This document shows, piece by piece, positions 1-9,285 of a stretch of 31,139 nucleotides of DNA. Each line of letters opens with the position of its first letter. Position 1 is the stretch's first letter. The notes beneath the pieces were generated by a model, which was given only the letters and a program-made list of their open reading frames with translations, did not search any database and was not told where the DNA came from. The stretch is from a virus (Duplodnaviria > Caudoviricetes): IMG/VR virus record IMGVR_UViG_3300028767_000071, positions 1 to 31,139 of that record; one strand, given 5' to 3'. The position numbers and the translations under genes were made by a program.

Positions 1-1
1 C

Positions 2-265
2 CTCACTGAGCGTATTGAACACAAAAAACATCAAACATCAAAATCAAAAATACCTGATTCGGATTGGTGGACACCTGCAACCGACAAAACTATATATCCT
101 CAATTTGAAATAGGTAAAATCTACAAAAAAGGAATAAAAAAATCGTATGCAGATTATTTACTTTGTCTTATTGCGGATGATAGTATTGAGTATTTAGTAG
201 ACAAGCGTTTATTTATGCCAGCTAAAAAACACACGTTCAATCCAATTAAAGATTCTGAATTATGA
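2..265 (+). CDS. hypothetical protein, 5'-truncated by window edge
   Basis: Frame open from position 2 to TGA 263-265, which overlaps the next ATG (ATGA); read manually. Confidence 0.6.
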   Translation, partial: LTERIEHKKHQTSKSKIPDSDWWTPATDKTIYPQFEIGKIYKKGIKKSYADYLLCLIADDSIEYLVDKRLFMPAKKHTFNPIKDSEL

Positions 266-384
266 ACCCTAAAACCAAACTGTTCTTAAACTACGTAGGT
301 ATTATTCTCTGTGTAATTTTCATTCTGTTTTTCCTTATCACAGGAGAAAGCATTATTGGCAACATTTTAAAATCATTTAAATGA
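262..384 (+). CDS. small membrane peptide (40 aa)
   Basis: MNPKTKLFLNYVGIILCVIFILFFLITGESIIGNILKSFK; ATGA overlaps on both sides. Confidence 0.55.
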   Translation: MNPKTKLFLNYVGIILCVIFILFFLITGESIIGNILKSFK

Positions 385-596
385 TAGACTTAATCTTAAA
401 CATTATATTAACAATTGCCTATATAATTTTAGGAATTGTTTGGACTTTGGTTTTGATATTCATCGTCTTGATAACATTCATTCTATTGAATCCCCCGAAA
501 GAATATCACTTTTCAGAAGAAAGTAAAACTAACTCTGAAAATGAGGACTATTTACGTGCGATGAAATCGCTTAATGAAAACGAAGTAATATTTTAG
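381..596 (+). CDS. small membrane protein
   Basis: Long hydrophobic N-terminus, tightly packed in the operon. Confidence 0.65.
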   Translation: MIDLILNIILTIAYIILGIVWTLVLIFIVLITFILLNPPKEYHFSEESKTNSENEDYLRAMKSLNENEVIF

Positions 597-598
597 CT

Positions 599-1111
599 AT
601 GAAACTCGAATTAAAATATCTTAAAGGTTATCTAGGCACTGGGGTAAAAATGTTAACAATTTCAAAAGGTATTTTTTCATGTGATCCAAACACTGAATCA
701 TTGTATGAGGTTACAATAAACAACATAACTGATTTAATTCGTAAAAGATATCACATAATTTCATCAAAAATCCTTCTTCTTCCTATTTCAGCATTAATAC
801 AACCCCTTCCGGATGGCACGTTTCCAATTATCGAACTCTTGAAAATAGCCGACTGCTACTCATTTTATCAAAAAGACATTCAGCACTGTAAATTTTCAGA
901 AATGGGAGTTTACTCATACGATGAAGCTGGAAATGAAATATCATTCTTTGAGTATGTTCCAACTGAACACATGTTCTTGTTAAAGTATAAAAAAGAATAC
1001 AGGATTATTCACAATCAGCTTGGGTTATTTGAATACTTGTATTCTATTCATGCTGACCATTTAAACCTCATACCTGCCGGACTTGCAATTGATAAAAGAA
1101 CAGTAGTTTAA
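599..1111 (+). CDS. phage hypothetical protein
   Basis: 170 aa ORF in the operon; ends NLIPAGLAID, a C-terminus I associate with Bacteroidetes phage proteins. Confidence 0.75.
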   Translation: MKLELKYLKGYLGTGVKMLTISKGIFSCDPNTESLYEVTINNITDLIRKRYHIISSKILLLPISALIQPLPDGTFPIIELLKIADCYSFYQKDIQHCKFSEMGVYSYDEAGNEISFFEYVPTEHMFLLKYKKEYRIIHNQLGLFEYLYSIHADHLNLIPAGLAIDKRTVV

Positions 1112-1170
1112 TGTGTTTATAAACATGTTAACAACATTGTTTATATCAATCGTGTTTTGTACTTTTGAGA
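1112..1170 (+). promoter_or_regulatory. putative Bacteroidetes-type promoter with palindromic operator-like sites
   Basis: TACTTTTG (-7 consensus TAnnTTTG) at ~1160; palindromes TGTTTATAAACA and TGTTAACA upstream. Confidence 0.45.
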
Positions 1171-1190
1171 AACTTTAAACCTTAAATAAA

Positions 1191-1748
1191 ATGAACGAAT
1201 CAAAATTTTTTACCGTTAATGTTGGCACAAGAACTCGTGCCGGAAATCTAAACACAATTGTAACCTTTGTGGCTAAATCAGACAAAACCCAAAATCAGGT
1301 TTATTCTTATTATTCCAAAAAATACACTGGTCTATCTATTGAAGTTTCTGAAATTACTGAAATTGTTAATGATGAAATAACCATCAATGAAACAAACAAC
1401 ACAGCAATTTCATACCAAGAAAATAAAAAGATAAGAGAACTTGAAAGTAGGGTGAAGGAATTGTCTTCATCATTTAATCGTTTTTCTGGTAAAATTAGAT
1501 ACAATACAATGACTTCTGAAATCACTTTAGGGATCGAAGCACTTGAAAAAATCAATAATGATTATAGCAAAAATAAAGCCGAAATTAAAAAAGCTATTGA
1601 AAGTTATATTGTTAAAAAATATGGTAGTGTTATTACTTCTGATATTACTGTCGGTGAATGGAATCATAATACCGCAGACATACCTTTCACTGGTTTATTA
1701 AAGGGTTCAATAAAGGGTTCAATAAAGCCTTCTGATAACGAACTTTAA
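1191..1748 (+). CDS. hypothetical protein
   Basis: 185 aa ORF with AT-rich leader. Confidence 0.75.
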   Translation: MNESKFFTVNVGTRTRAGNLNTIVTFVAKSDKTQNQVYSYYSKKYTGLSIEVSEITEIVNDEITINETNNTAISYQENKKIRELESRVKELSSSFNRFSGKIRYNTMTSEITLGIEALEKINNDYSKNKAEIKKAIESYIVKKYGSVITSDITVGEWNHNTADIPFTGLLKGSIKGSIKPSDNEL

Positions 1749-1760
1749 ATCTTAATCACT

Positions 1761-2096
1761 ATGATTATCAAAGAAGTTAAACTATCCGATGAAGAAAAGA
1801 AATTCATCTATAACAGGTTAATAGAATTATTTTCTTTAGACCCTCAATACATTGCTGAATCCTTAAAGGGTGTTGAAATTAACTTTCCCCTGAACGAACT
1901 AATTGAAGTTTACGCAACTCTTGACCTGAATGTCGAATACGATGAATTTGACGGTAATCATCAATGTAACCCTATTTCGGTTTACGCAAATCTTAAAAAG
2001 ATCAATATGTACCACAAGGGAAATCCGGTTAAAGGATTAGAACAGTGGAATATTGAAGACTTGATCAAGGACTATGATTGGTTAAAATACTTTTAA
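1761..2096 (+). CDS. hypothetical protein
   Basis: 111 aa ORF in the operon. Confidence 0.75.
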   Translation: MIIKEVKLSDEEKKFIYNRLIELFSLDPQYIAESLKGVEINFPLNELIEVYATLDLNVEYDEFDGNHQCNPISVYANLKKINMYHKGNPVKGLEQWNIEDLIKDYDWLKYF

Positions 2097-2109
2097 AATC
2101 TAAAATATT

Positions 2110-3048
2110 ATGAATTACAAACAAGTATCAGAATCACTTTCAGAATATAATAAAGTAAATGTTGAAATATACATTAACTATCTAAAGTTTTTGGAGTCTG
2201 AAAAGAAAGATAATGCACCAAAAAACAAATGGTTTCCTTTCTTCAAAGAAGATGAGGCAATTGATATTTATAAAAAGGTTGCGAAGGATAATGTTTTTAT
2301 TGACGGTGAAACTATCACAATTTCAAACAGAGGTAAAATAATAGTAAGTTATAATTATCAGGCTTATAAAAACTTGCTTTTGAATGTATATCCTGAATCA
2401 ACATTTGATATTCAAGTTGTAAATGAAGGCGATGATTTTTCTTTCTTTAAAGACTCTGGAAGGGTTATTTATAGCCACCGGCTTAAAGATCCATTCGCAA
2501 ATCATAAAACAATTATTGGAACTTATTGCATTATCAAAAACAACAGAGGTGAATTTCTGGAAACTCTCAATATGGAGGATATTGCAAAAATGAAAGCCGT
2601 TGCAACCACAAAAAACATTTGGGATGCATGGGAATCTGAAATGGTTTTAAAATCAGTTATAAAAAGAGCCTGCAAGCGTCACTTTCGTGATATCGTTGTC
2701 AATGTTGAAAAGCTGGACAATGAAAACTATGATTTAAATCTGGCCAATGTTGATACTATTGTTCAGTCCGCAATTGAAAAAACTACAAAATTTGCCGAAC
2801 TTACAAAGATTTACAATGAAAATGTAAATTCTGTATCTGATAAAGTAAATTTCATTCGCTTGCTTGGTGAACGTAAAGAACAATTAATGAATTTATTGCC
2901 TAATTTCAAACCAGAAAATGAAGTGAAAGCATTGGAATTGCTGAAAAAATACGATGGTAAATTTGATTCACTTCTTTTAAACTGGAAATTTACCGATGAT
3001 CAAAAAGAATCATTGATTACCTTATTTTCAAAAACCTTAGTACAATGA
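2110..3048 (+). CDS. recT: RecT-family single-strand annealing protein
   Basis: VVNEGDDF and IWDAWESEMVLKSVIKRACK resemble RecT motifs; adjacent to a YqaJ exonuclease. Confidence 0.8.
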   Translation: MNYKQVSESLSEYNKVNVEIYINYLKFLESEKKDNAPKNKWFPFFKEDEAIDIYKKVAKDNVFIDGETITISNRGKIIVSYNYQAYKNLLLNVYPESTFDIQVVNEGDDFSFFKDSGRVIYSHRLKDPFANHKTIIGTYCIIKNNRGEFLETLNMEDIAKMKAVATTKNIWDAWESEMVLKSVIKRACKRHFRDIVVNVEKLDNENYDLNLANVDTIVQSAIEKTTKFAELTKIYNENVNSVSDKVNFIRLLGERKEQLMNLLPNFKPENEVKALELLKKYDGKFDSLLLNWKFTDDQKESLITLFSKTLVQ

Positions 3049-3650
3049 TAATTTACGAAAATATTATTCAGCAAACTCCCGAATGGTTCGAGTTAAAGAA
3101 AGGCAAAATGTCTGCTTCTCATGCTACGGCAATAGGGAATTGTGGCAAAGGACTTGAAACTTATTGTCGTCAGATTGTCCGTGAAATGATCGTAGAAAGA
3201 CAATCATACACCAACAAAGATATGGAAAGGGGTAATGAACTTGAGCCGATTGGAAGATTAACCTATGAATTTGAAACTGGAAATACGGTTAAGCAAGTTG
3301 GATTTATTCAACATTCTGATTTTGTTGGTTATTCACCTGATGGATTAGTTTCTAATGATGGACTTATTGAGTTGAAAGCAAGAAATGACGAAATTCATTT
3401 TGGGTTACTTTTGGGTGATTCTATTGACTCAGGAACAATATGGCAGATGAATATGGGCATGTTGGTTTCAGGGCGCAAATGGTGTGATTTTGGCTCATAT
3501 AACCCAAATTACAAACAAAGTCTATTCATTAAAAGATTTTATCCTGACTTATCAAAATTTGATGCACTTACAAAGGGGTTTTTAATTGGAGAATCAATGA
3601 TTAGAAACCTTCTGCAAAATGAAAATATTCAGAAAGAATTACAGGTTTAG
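3045..3650 (+). CDS. YqaJ-like (lambda exonuclease family) nuclease
   Basis: QQTPEWFELK, MERGNELEP, YSPDGLV, LIELK, WQM, WCDF motifs. Confidence 0.9.
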   Translation: MIIYENIIQQTPEWFELKKGKMSASHATAIGNCGKGLETYCRQIVREMIVERQSYTNKDMERGNELEPIGRLTYEFETGNTVKQVGFIQHSDFVGYSPDGLVSNDGLIELKARNDEIHFGLLLGDSIDSGTIWQMNMGMLVSGRKWCDFGSYNPNYKQSLFIKRFYPDLSKFDALTKGFLIGESMIRNLLQNENIQKELQV

Positions 3651-3755
3651 AAACCTCGAACTTATTTACTGTTTGATGTTTTACAGCATACACAAACACT
3701 TTATTAACACGTTTATAAACATTAAATTTACATACACTTAAAATCTTAAATCAAA

Positions 3756-5153
3756 ATGAACACCGAATTAGTAAAAGTTGATCCTAAAGAGTACGGACTC
3801 GAAGAAGTCCAAGTAGCAACAATTGAACAGGCTTTTTTGCCTAAAATTACCGAACGTGATGGATACGCTCAAATTTATGAGCAATTAATCACAAAAGAAC
3901 TGACGAAAGAACTTTGCAACGAAGCAAGAGAATTAAGGTTAAAGCTTGTTAAAACCCGAACCGGAATCGCCGATATTCATAAAACACAAAAGGCTTTCTT
4001 TTTGGCTGCTGGCAAGTTTGTCGATGCTTGGAAAAACAAAGAAACTGCACCAGTTGAACAGATGGAAGAAAAACTATCTGAAATTGAAAAGCATTTTGAA
4101 AATATCGAAAAGGAACGGATTGCAAAACTTGAAGCCGACCGCTTGACATTGACAAAACAATTCACTGAATATCCCGCTTCAAATTTGGGATTGATGGCTG
4201 ATATTGTTTTTGATTCTTATCTGTTGGGATTGAAGGTTGCTTATGAGGCTAAAATTAAGGCAGAACGGGAAGCCGAACAACTCAGGATTGATAATGAAAG
4301 GATTGATAAACTTGGAAGGGAAAGAATTTCTGAACTTTACAAATACGATCAATTTCAAAATGATTTGGTTTCTGTAATTTCAATGGGTTCAATGTCGGAT
4401 GAAAACTACAAAGCGTTGCTTGATTCACTCAAAGCAAAAAAAATAACTTATGAAGCCGAACAGGAAAGAATCAGACTTGAAAACGAAAGGTTAAAAGCCG
4501 AGGCAATTGAAAAAGAACGGTTGACTCAAGAAAGAATTGCACAGGAAGAAAAAGAACGCAAACAAAAACAAGCAGAGTTTGAACGCAAGCTAAAGGAAGA
4601 GTCTGATAAACTCGAAGCTGAACGCAAAAGACAGGCCGAACTAATTGCAAAACAAAAGGCTGACGCTGACGAAAAGGCACGTATTGAGAAAGAAAAACAT
4701 GATGCAGTTTTAGCAAAGGAACGCGCAGAAGCAAAAGTAAAACAGGACGCTATTGAATTGGCTGCAAAAATTGAACGTGAAAAGGCTGAAGCTGAACGTC
4801 AAAAGCAAAATGCTATTCTTGAAAAAGAAAGACAAGAGGCAATTACAAAGCAAAAAACCATTGAAGATGCAGCCAGAACAGAAAGATTAAAGGCTGAATC
4901 ACAAAGGCTACTTCTTGAAAAAGAAATTCAGGACAAAAAGGATGAAGAAACCCGGAAAGAATCTGAACGTATCGCAGCCGAAAAAGCAGCAGCAAAAGCA
5001 CCGGATAAAGAGAAGCTTGTCAAAATGGTTGAATCAATTTTATTAACCATACCTGAACTTAACGACGCTACTTCTATTGCCGTTGCAAATGTTATTAATG
5101 CAAAATTTGAAGCGTTTAAGGTTTGGGCTAATTCACAAATCAATTCATTGTAA
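3756..5153 (+). CDS. long coiled-coil phage protein
   Basis: 465 aa, E/K/R/A-rich heptads; typical neighbour of phage recombination genes. Confidence 0.85.
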   Translation: MNTELVKVDPKEYGLEEVQVATIEQAFLPKITERDGYAQIYEQLITKELTKELCNEARELRLKLVKTRTGIADIHKTQKAFFLAAGKFVDAWKNKETAPVEQMEEKLSEIEKHFENIEKERIAKLEADRLTLTKQFTEYPASNLGLMADIVFDSYLLGLKVAYEAKIKAEREAEQLRIDNERIDKLGRERISELYKYDQFQNDLVSVISMGSMSDENYKALLDSLKAKKITYEAEQERIRLENERLKAEAIEKERLTQERIAQEEKERKQKQAEFERKLKEESDKLEAERKRQAELIAKQKADADEKARIEKEKHDAVLAKERAEAKVKQDAIELAAKIEREKAEAERQKQNAILEKERQEAITKQKTIEDAARTERLKAESQRLLLEKEIQDKKDEETRKESERIAAEKAAAKAPDKEKLVKMVESILLTIPELNDATSIAVANVINAKFEAFKVWANSQINSL

Positions 5154-5155
5154 AA

Positions 5156-5662
5156 GTGAAAGACATTGAGACCTGGTTTGATAAGCAAGGCGATAAAATC
5201 ACCTATGAAAATATTAGTGAGTTTAAATTGCTTATCAAACTATTGCCCGACGGAAGGTATATTAATATCATTCGCAAAGTTGAAAATATCCGTTCTTTGG
5301 AGCAAAATAACGCAATGTGGGGAATACCCTATAAATACTTTGAGGCTGCACTTGTTGAAGGTGGAACATTCAAAGATCCATCAAAAAAGATGGTGCATGA
5401 ATGGTGTATGGTTCACTGTTTGCCACCAGATTATAAGCAAAGAATATTAGATGAATGGTTGAAAGTAGAGCCTATTATCAACTTTAAAACGAGCGAAACA
5501 TACAAAGAACCTTTCAGATTAACAACTACAAAAATGCATAAATCAGATGCAGTTCATTACTATGAAAATATGCAAATGTTATATGCAGAATCGTTCAGTA
5601 CGGGATTTGAAAATGATATGATCCCGGACCCGACAAAAGACTGGAAAAAACAAAAACAATAA
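5156..5662 (+). CDS. NinB/Orf-like protein (tentative)
   Basis: RSLEQNNAMWG and TTTKM motifs resemble the NinB family; GTG start. Confidence 0.55.
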   Translation: MKDIETWFDKQGDKITYENISEFKLLIKLLPDGRYINIIRKVENIRSLEQNNAMWGIPYKYFEAALVEGGTFKDPSKKMVHEWCMVHCLPPDYKQRILDEWLKVEPIINFKTSETYKEPFRLTTTKMHKSDAVHYYENMQMLYAESFSTGFENDMIPDPTKDWKKQKQ

Positions 5663-5675
5663 AAAATTATAAACT

Positions 5676-6185
5676 ATGGCATTTCTAGCAGTTGATCAAC
5701 TAGGGAATGAATACATCTTCAATAACCAACCCACTCGACTTAAAAACGGTTGGTGTTCGTTTGAACTTAATCCAATAAAGCTACCTTATGGTTCTATTTT
5801 AAGGCTTTCAGGGTTATATTTAACTTTTGAAGACGCACCCTTTGAAATGGTAACAAATAACTTTCGTCACGACGTATGTGTAGACTCTGGTTGCCGTACG
5901 TCAGAATTAAAACTAAAAACTAGAAAACGTGAAGTTGTTCAAGCAAGACAGTTTATTATGGCTTACAATAAAATTTATTTAGGGTTGTCGCTTGCTTCGG
6001 CTGCTGCTGAATTTGGAAAGGATCATGCAACTTGCTGCCACTCTATTAAAACAATCCAGAATCTTTATTCAACAAATCGTACTTATCGGGAACAGTTTAA
6101 GGATATTTTCACTAACTTTCCATTGTTGTTAAAATACAAAATCGGTGAGATGGAAAGCAATTTCAAAATTAACATCAAAGAATAA
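5676..6185 (+). CDS. protein with DnaA C-terminal-like HTH domain
   Basis: KTRKREVVQARQFIM...LSLASAAAEFGKDHATCCHS matches the DnaA domain IV pattern. Confidence 0.75.
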   Translation: MAFLAVDQLGNEYIFNNQPTRLKNGWCSFELNPIKLPYGSILRLSGLYLTFEDAPFEMVTNNFRHDVCVDSGCRTSELKLKTRKREVVQARQFIMAYNKIYLGLSLASAAAEFGKDHATCCHSIKTIQNLYSTNRTYREQFKDIFTNFPLLLKYKIGEMESNFKINIKE

Positions 6186-6212
6186 TTCACGAATATACCT
6201 TTTTGAACTAAC
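6186..6212 (+). repeat. array left-end sequence TTCACGAATATACCTTTTTGAACTAAC, copy 1
   Basis: Exact 27-bp match to 27334-27360. Confidence 0.95.
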
Positions 6213-6332
6213 ATTGTAGCATACACGCAGTAAGGGTTTAAATGGTACTTCCCTATCTGTCAGCGATAAATTTACAAGTACCTATAATGTTGGCAAACCA
6301 GTGCTACCCTTATTGCCGGGTATGCGAAGTTA
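6209..6332. repeat. attC-like hairpin H1
   Basis: TAAC..116 bp..GTTA; arms GCATACACGCAGTAAGGGT / ACCCTTATTGCCGGGTATGC. Confidence 0.85.
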
Positions 6333-6353
6333 TTGCCAGTTTACATTTCAGTC

Positions 6354-6935
6354 ATGTTTGAAGATTTAAAAGAAGATTTTATTGTCGAATTTGGAGAGGA
6401 AAACTTTAAAAAAATTGAGTCTATTTTAGACTTATTTGAAAGCGAACCTTTTTGCGATTTTGAAAAAGACGGAATTACTGTTTCGTGTAGCCGTGAAAAG
6501 ATAAATCAACTGCAAGAAAATGTATGTGTTTCTATTTCGTGCGATGATTTTGACATTGAATTACTTTATGAAAATGGGATCAACGCAGGAACCAGATTGA
6601 ATGAGTATAGAATAAATCCAGCATCTTCATTTGTTAATGATAAACGCGAATACGAAGTAATTACAGGTATTGAATTGGATATTGATGCTATAGATAGATG
6701 GAGTGCAATGACTGGTAAAGAATATTCACTCCAAAAAGCTGAATTTATGCTTATCAATAATCGTGATTCAATTTTGAAATTAATCAAAAATCAAAATTAC
6801 GATAATTATGTAACTGGTGGAGGCACGACAAAGACAGACCGCTACTATGATCAGAAAAAGTCTGAATTAAACGAACGTGGTCTTTTTTGGAAAGTCAAAA
6901 CGCGAACAGAAGTAACCACCGCGAACTTTTTTTAA
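6354..6935 (+). CDS. cassette 1 cargo: acidic hypothetical protein
   Basis: ATG 6354 preferred to TTG 6333; flanked by IR GTTATTGCCAGTTTA (6329) / TAAATTGGCAATAAC (6933-6947). Confidence 0.8.
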   Translation: MFEDLKEDFIVEFGEENFKKIESILDLFESEPFCDFEKDGITVSCSREKINQLQENVCVSISCDDFDIELLYENGINAGTRLNEYRINPASSFVNDKREYEVITGIELDIDAIDRWSAMTGKEYSLQKAEFMLINNRDSILKLIKNQNYDNYVTGGGTTKTDRYYDQKKSELNERGLFWKVKTRTEVTTANFF

Positions 6936-6943
6936 ATTGGCAA

Positions 6944-7067
6944 TAACGGTTCGTGTATGGGTAGTGTGGGAGTACGAAGCACTACCCTATCGAATTACAA
7001 ATAACTTAAATACGAGATACAATGATTGAACAACCACAAAAACCCACATTACCTATACACGGTGTTA
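6944..7067. repeat. attC-like hairpin H2
   Basis: TAAC..116 bp..GTTA; 19-bp stem CGTGTATGGGTAGTGTGGG / CCCACATTACCTATACACG with 2 G.T pairs. Confidence 0.9.
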
Positions 7068-8140
7068 TGCACAGGTTTTCTTATCGTTGGACTTTAAAAG
7101 ATGCCAACTTTACAAAGGATAAAGGTAAAGTGTTTAGTTGCTTTGCTTGTGGAGGTGGCTCAACTATGGGTTATAAATTGGCTGGTTTTGATGTGATAGG
7201 ATGCAATGAAATTGACCCTAAAATGATTGAAGCATACAAAGCAAACCACAACCCTAAATATGCTTTTTTAGAACCAATACAGACCTTTAAAATGCGTGAA
7301 GATTTGCCGCAGGAACTTTATGAACTGGATATATTGGACGGTTCACCACCTTGTAGTAGTTTTTCAATGGCTGGTAACCGCGAAAAAGACTGGGGCAAAG
7401 ATAAAGTTTTTAGAGAAGGTCAGGCGATGCAGGTTTTAGATACTTTGTTTTTTGATTTTATTGATTTGGCTAAGAAATTACAGCCAAAAGTTGTGGTTGC
7501 TGAAAATGTAAAAGGCTTGCTTTTAGGCGATGCAATACAGTATGTGAGACAAATATACCGTGAATTTGATTTGGCTGGTTATTATTGCCAACATTGGTTA
7601 TTAGATGCTTCAAAAATGGGTGTACCACAAAGGCGCGAAAGGGTATTTTTTATTGCATTGCGTAAAGATTTGGCAAAACCTTTTTTAAAGCAAATGAACT
7701 TGTTTGATATTTTGCCAGAAATAAAACTGGAATTTAATGAACCTGAAATATGTTTTAAAGAATTTGCAGATTACGAAGGCGAAAATATTACAGAATATGC
7801 AAAAAAAGCATGGGATAACCGAAAATATGGGGATAACAATATTGCAGAAAGTAAAGCAAGATGTGGAATGAAAGTAAGCGATATGAATACAGGCTATGTT
7901 TATGAAGATAAAGTATGCCAAACATTAACTGCAAAAGGTAGGCATGGAAGTTTATTATTTTCAAAACCTATTAGACTTTCAAAGGCTGAATTTTGCAATG
8001 TTGGAACATACCCACAAGATTATGATTTTGCAAAAACTGGATGGGGCTATTTAATTGGAATGAGTGTTCCACCAGTAATGACTGCAAACATAGCGACTGA
8101 AATTTATTTGCAATGGCTCTCAAAGTTGGCACTGTCTTAA
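7022..8140 (+). CDS. cassette 2 cargo: C5-cytosine DNA methyltransferase
   Basis: FACGGG (motif I), SPPC (IV), ENV (VI), QRRER (VIII); start 7022 or 7067; IR GTTATGCACAGGTTT (7064) / AAACTTGTGCATAAC (8139-8153). Confidence 0.95.
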   Translation: MIEQPQKPTLPIHGVMHRFSYRWTLKDANFTKDKGKVFSCFACGGGSTMGYKLAGFDVIGCNEIDPKMIEAYKANHNPKYAFLEPIQTFKMREDLPQELYELDILDGSPPCSSFSMAGNREKDWGKDKVFREGQAMQVLDTLFFDFIDLAKKLQPKVVVAENVKGLLLGDAIQYVRQIYREFDLAGYYCQHWLLDASKMGVPQRRERVFFIALRKDLAKPFLKQMNLFDILPEIKLEFNEPEICFKEFADYEGENITEYAKKAWDNRKYGDNNIAESKARCGMKVSDMNTGYVYEDKVCQTLTAKGRHGSLLFSKPIRLSKAEFCNVGTYPQDYDFAKTGWGYLIGMSVPPVMTANIATEIYLQWLSKLALS

Positions 8141-8187
8141 ACTTGTGCATAACTTGTTTATATCAACAGTTTAATAAATTAAACCAT

Positions 8188-8421
8188 ATGCAACTTACTG
8201 AGTACGAACAAAAAGCAATTCATAAACTCGGACAGGCTATACACGAAGGCCGGTGGAGTAATGCTGGGTTGGTTGAACTTATTAAACTGGAAGGAGATTA
8301 TCTAAATTTAAAGACGATACCCAGATATGCAAAATCTGTTGGAAAGACTTATCCGGGTGTTGTTAAAACGAGAGAAATAACAAATTTATTTGATGTTAAG
8401 TGGATAATTGACAACGATTAG
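8188..8421 (+). CDS. small putative HTH/excisionase-like protein at array right end
   Basis: 77 aa from ATG 8188; paralog of 28710-28943; LKTIPRYAKSVGKTYPGV looks like an HTH. Confidence 0.7.
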   Translation: MQLTEYEQKAIHKLGQAIHEGRWSNAGLVELIKLEGDYLNLKTIPRYAKSVGKTYPGVVKTREITNLFDVKWIIDND

Positions 8422-8464
8422 AAAGGTTCAACAATGGCCGTTTTCAACCTATTAAATTTTCAAC

Positions 8465-9121
8465 ATGAGCAATAAACCGAAACTTTGTAAGTGGACTCTT
8501 GAAAAATGCGATGAAGAAAGAGTAAACTATCCAGGCAAATCTATTCTTTCTCCTTATTGCCATAGTCACTTAATTTCAGCTACCTTGATTAAAGTTAGAT
8601 CCACAAAAGAGCTAAATAAAACTATTCGAGCTAAAAATAAGGAAAACAAAGAAAAAACGATTGAATTACTTACCACTGATAGATACCGGAAAAAATACGT
8701 TCAGCCTATTTTTAATGAAATTGCCAGATTGATAGATTATAATCAGCCATGTATTGCTACCGGAAACTATAAAGGCAAGATGGCCGGAGGACATTACCAT
8801 TCTGTTGGATCTAATCGTACAATTTGCCTAAACCTTCACAATATCCACATTCAGAGTTTTCAAAGTAACGGGCCAAAAGGAGGCGATAATATCAAATATA
8901 GAGAAGGTATCATCAAAACGTATGGATTACACTATTTGGAACAAATTGAGGCTCTATCGTTAATAAAACCGATTAAATTAGACAAATCAGACCTAATGGA
9001 TATTAAAATACATGCATCAGCTATCAAGAAACAGTTAAAAAAGGAATTAAGGGTGAGAACACCGGATGAACGAATTAATTTAAGGGAAGTAATAAACAAT
9101 CAAATTGGAATATATAAATGA
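8465..9121 (+). CDS. ninG: NinG/Rap-family recombination endonuclease
   Basis: IARLIDYNQPCIATG...GGHYHSVG...NIHIQ...N pattern. Confidence 0.8.
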   Translation: MSNKPKLCKWTLEKCDEERVNYPGKSILSPYCHSHLISATLIKVRSTKELNKTIRAKNKENKEKTIELLTTDRYRKKYVQPIFNEIARLIDYNQPCIATGNYKGKMAGGHYHSVGSNRTICLNLHNIHIQSFQSNGPKGGDNIKYREGIIKTYGLHYLEQIEALSLIKPIKLDKSDLMDIKIHASAIKKQLKKELRVRTPDERINLREVINNQIGIYK

Positions 9122-9285
9122 AAATCAAAACTGTCAAATCGTTAATTAAGATATTGGATGAAATCTCAAAAGTTGATAGGGATGAATTGAAAGGAATTAA
9201 GTCAGAAGAACAGTATGATTTAATTGGTGTTGTCCGTTCATCAATTCAAAACGAACTTTCAGAACTCAAAGAATTGTCAAAATGA
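9118..9285 (+). CDS. small hypothetical protein (55 aa)
   Basis: MKIKTVKSLIKILDEISK...; ATGA overlaps on both sides; not in the ORF track. Confidence 0.6.
   Translation: MKIKTVKSLIKILDEISKVDRDELKGIKSEEQYDLIGVVRSSIQNELSELKELSK

Larger units (their letters stand above)
6186..8448 (+). mobile_element. cassette array 1 (left end, 2 cassettes, right end with small HTH gene)
   Basis: 27-bp left end identical to 27334-27360; two hairpin+gene units; right end homologous to 28674-28971. Confidence 0.85.

Noticed and set aside
1699-1727. 12-bp tandem repeat (KGSIKGSIK)
   Set aside because: Simple in-frame slippage duplication with no further structure.
6329-8153. IS elements or invertible segments defined by the gene-flanking inverted repeats
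   Set aside because: No transposase or target duplications, each repeat pair is unique, and all seven genes keep the same orientation.
8142-8170. dif/Xer site (GTGCATAA-CTTGT-TTATATCAAC)
   Set aside because: Only superficial similarity; the left half is cassette-specific and the XerD-like arm is not kept in the other two arrays.
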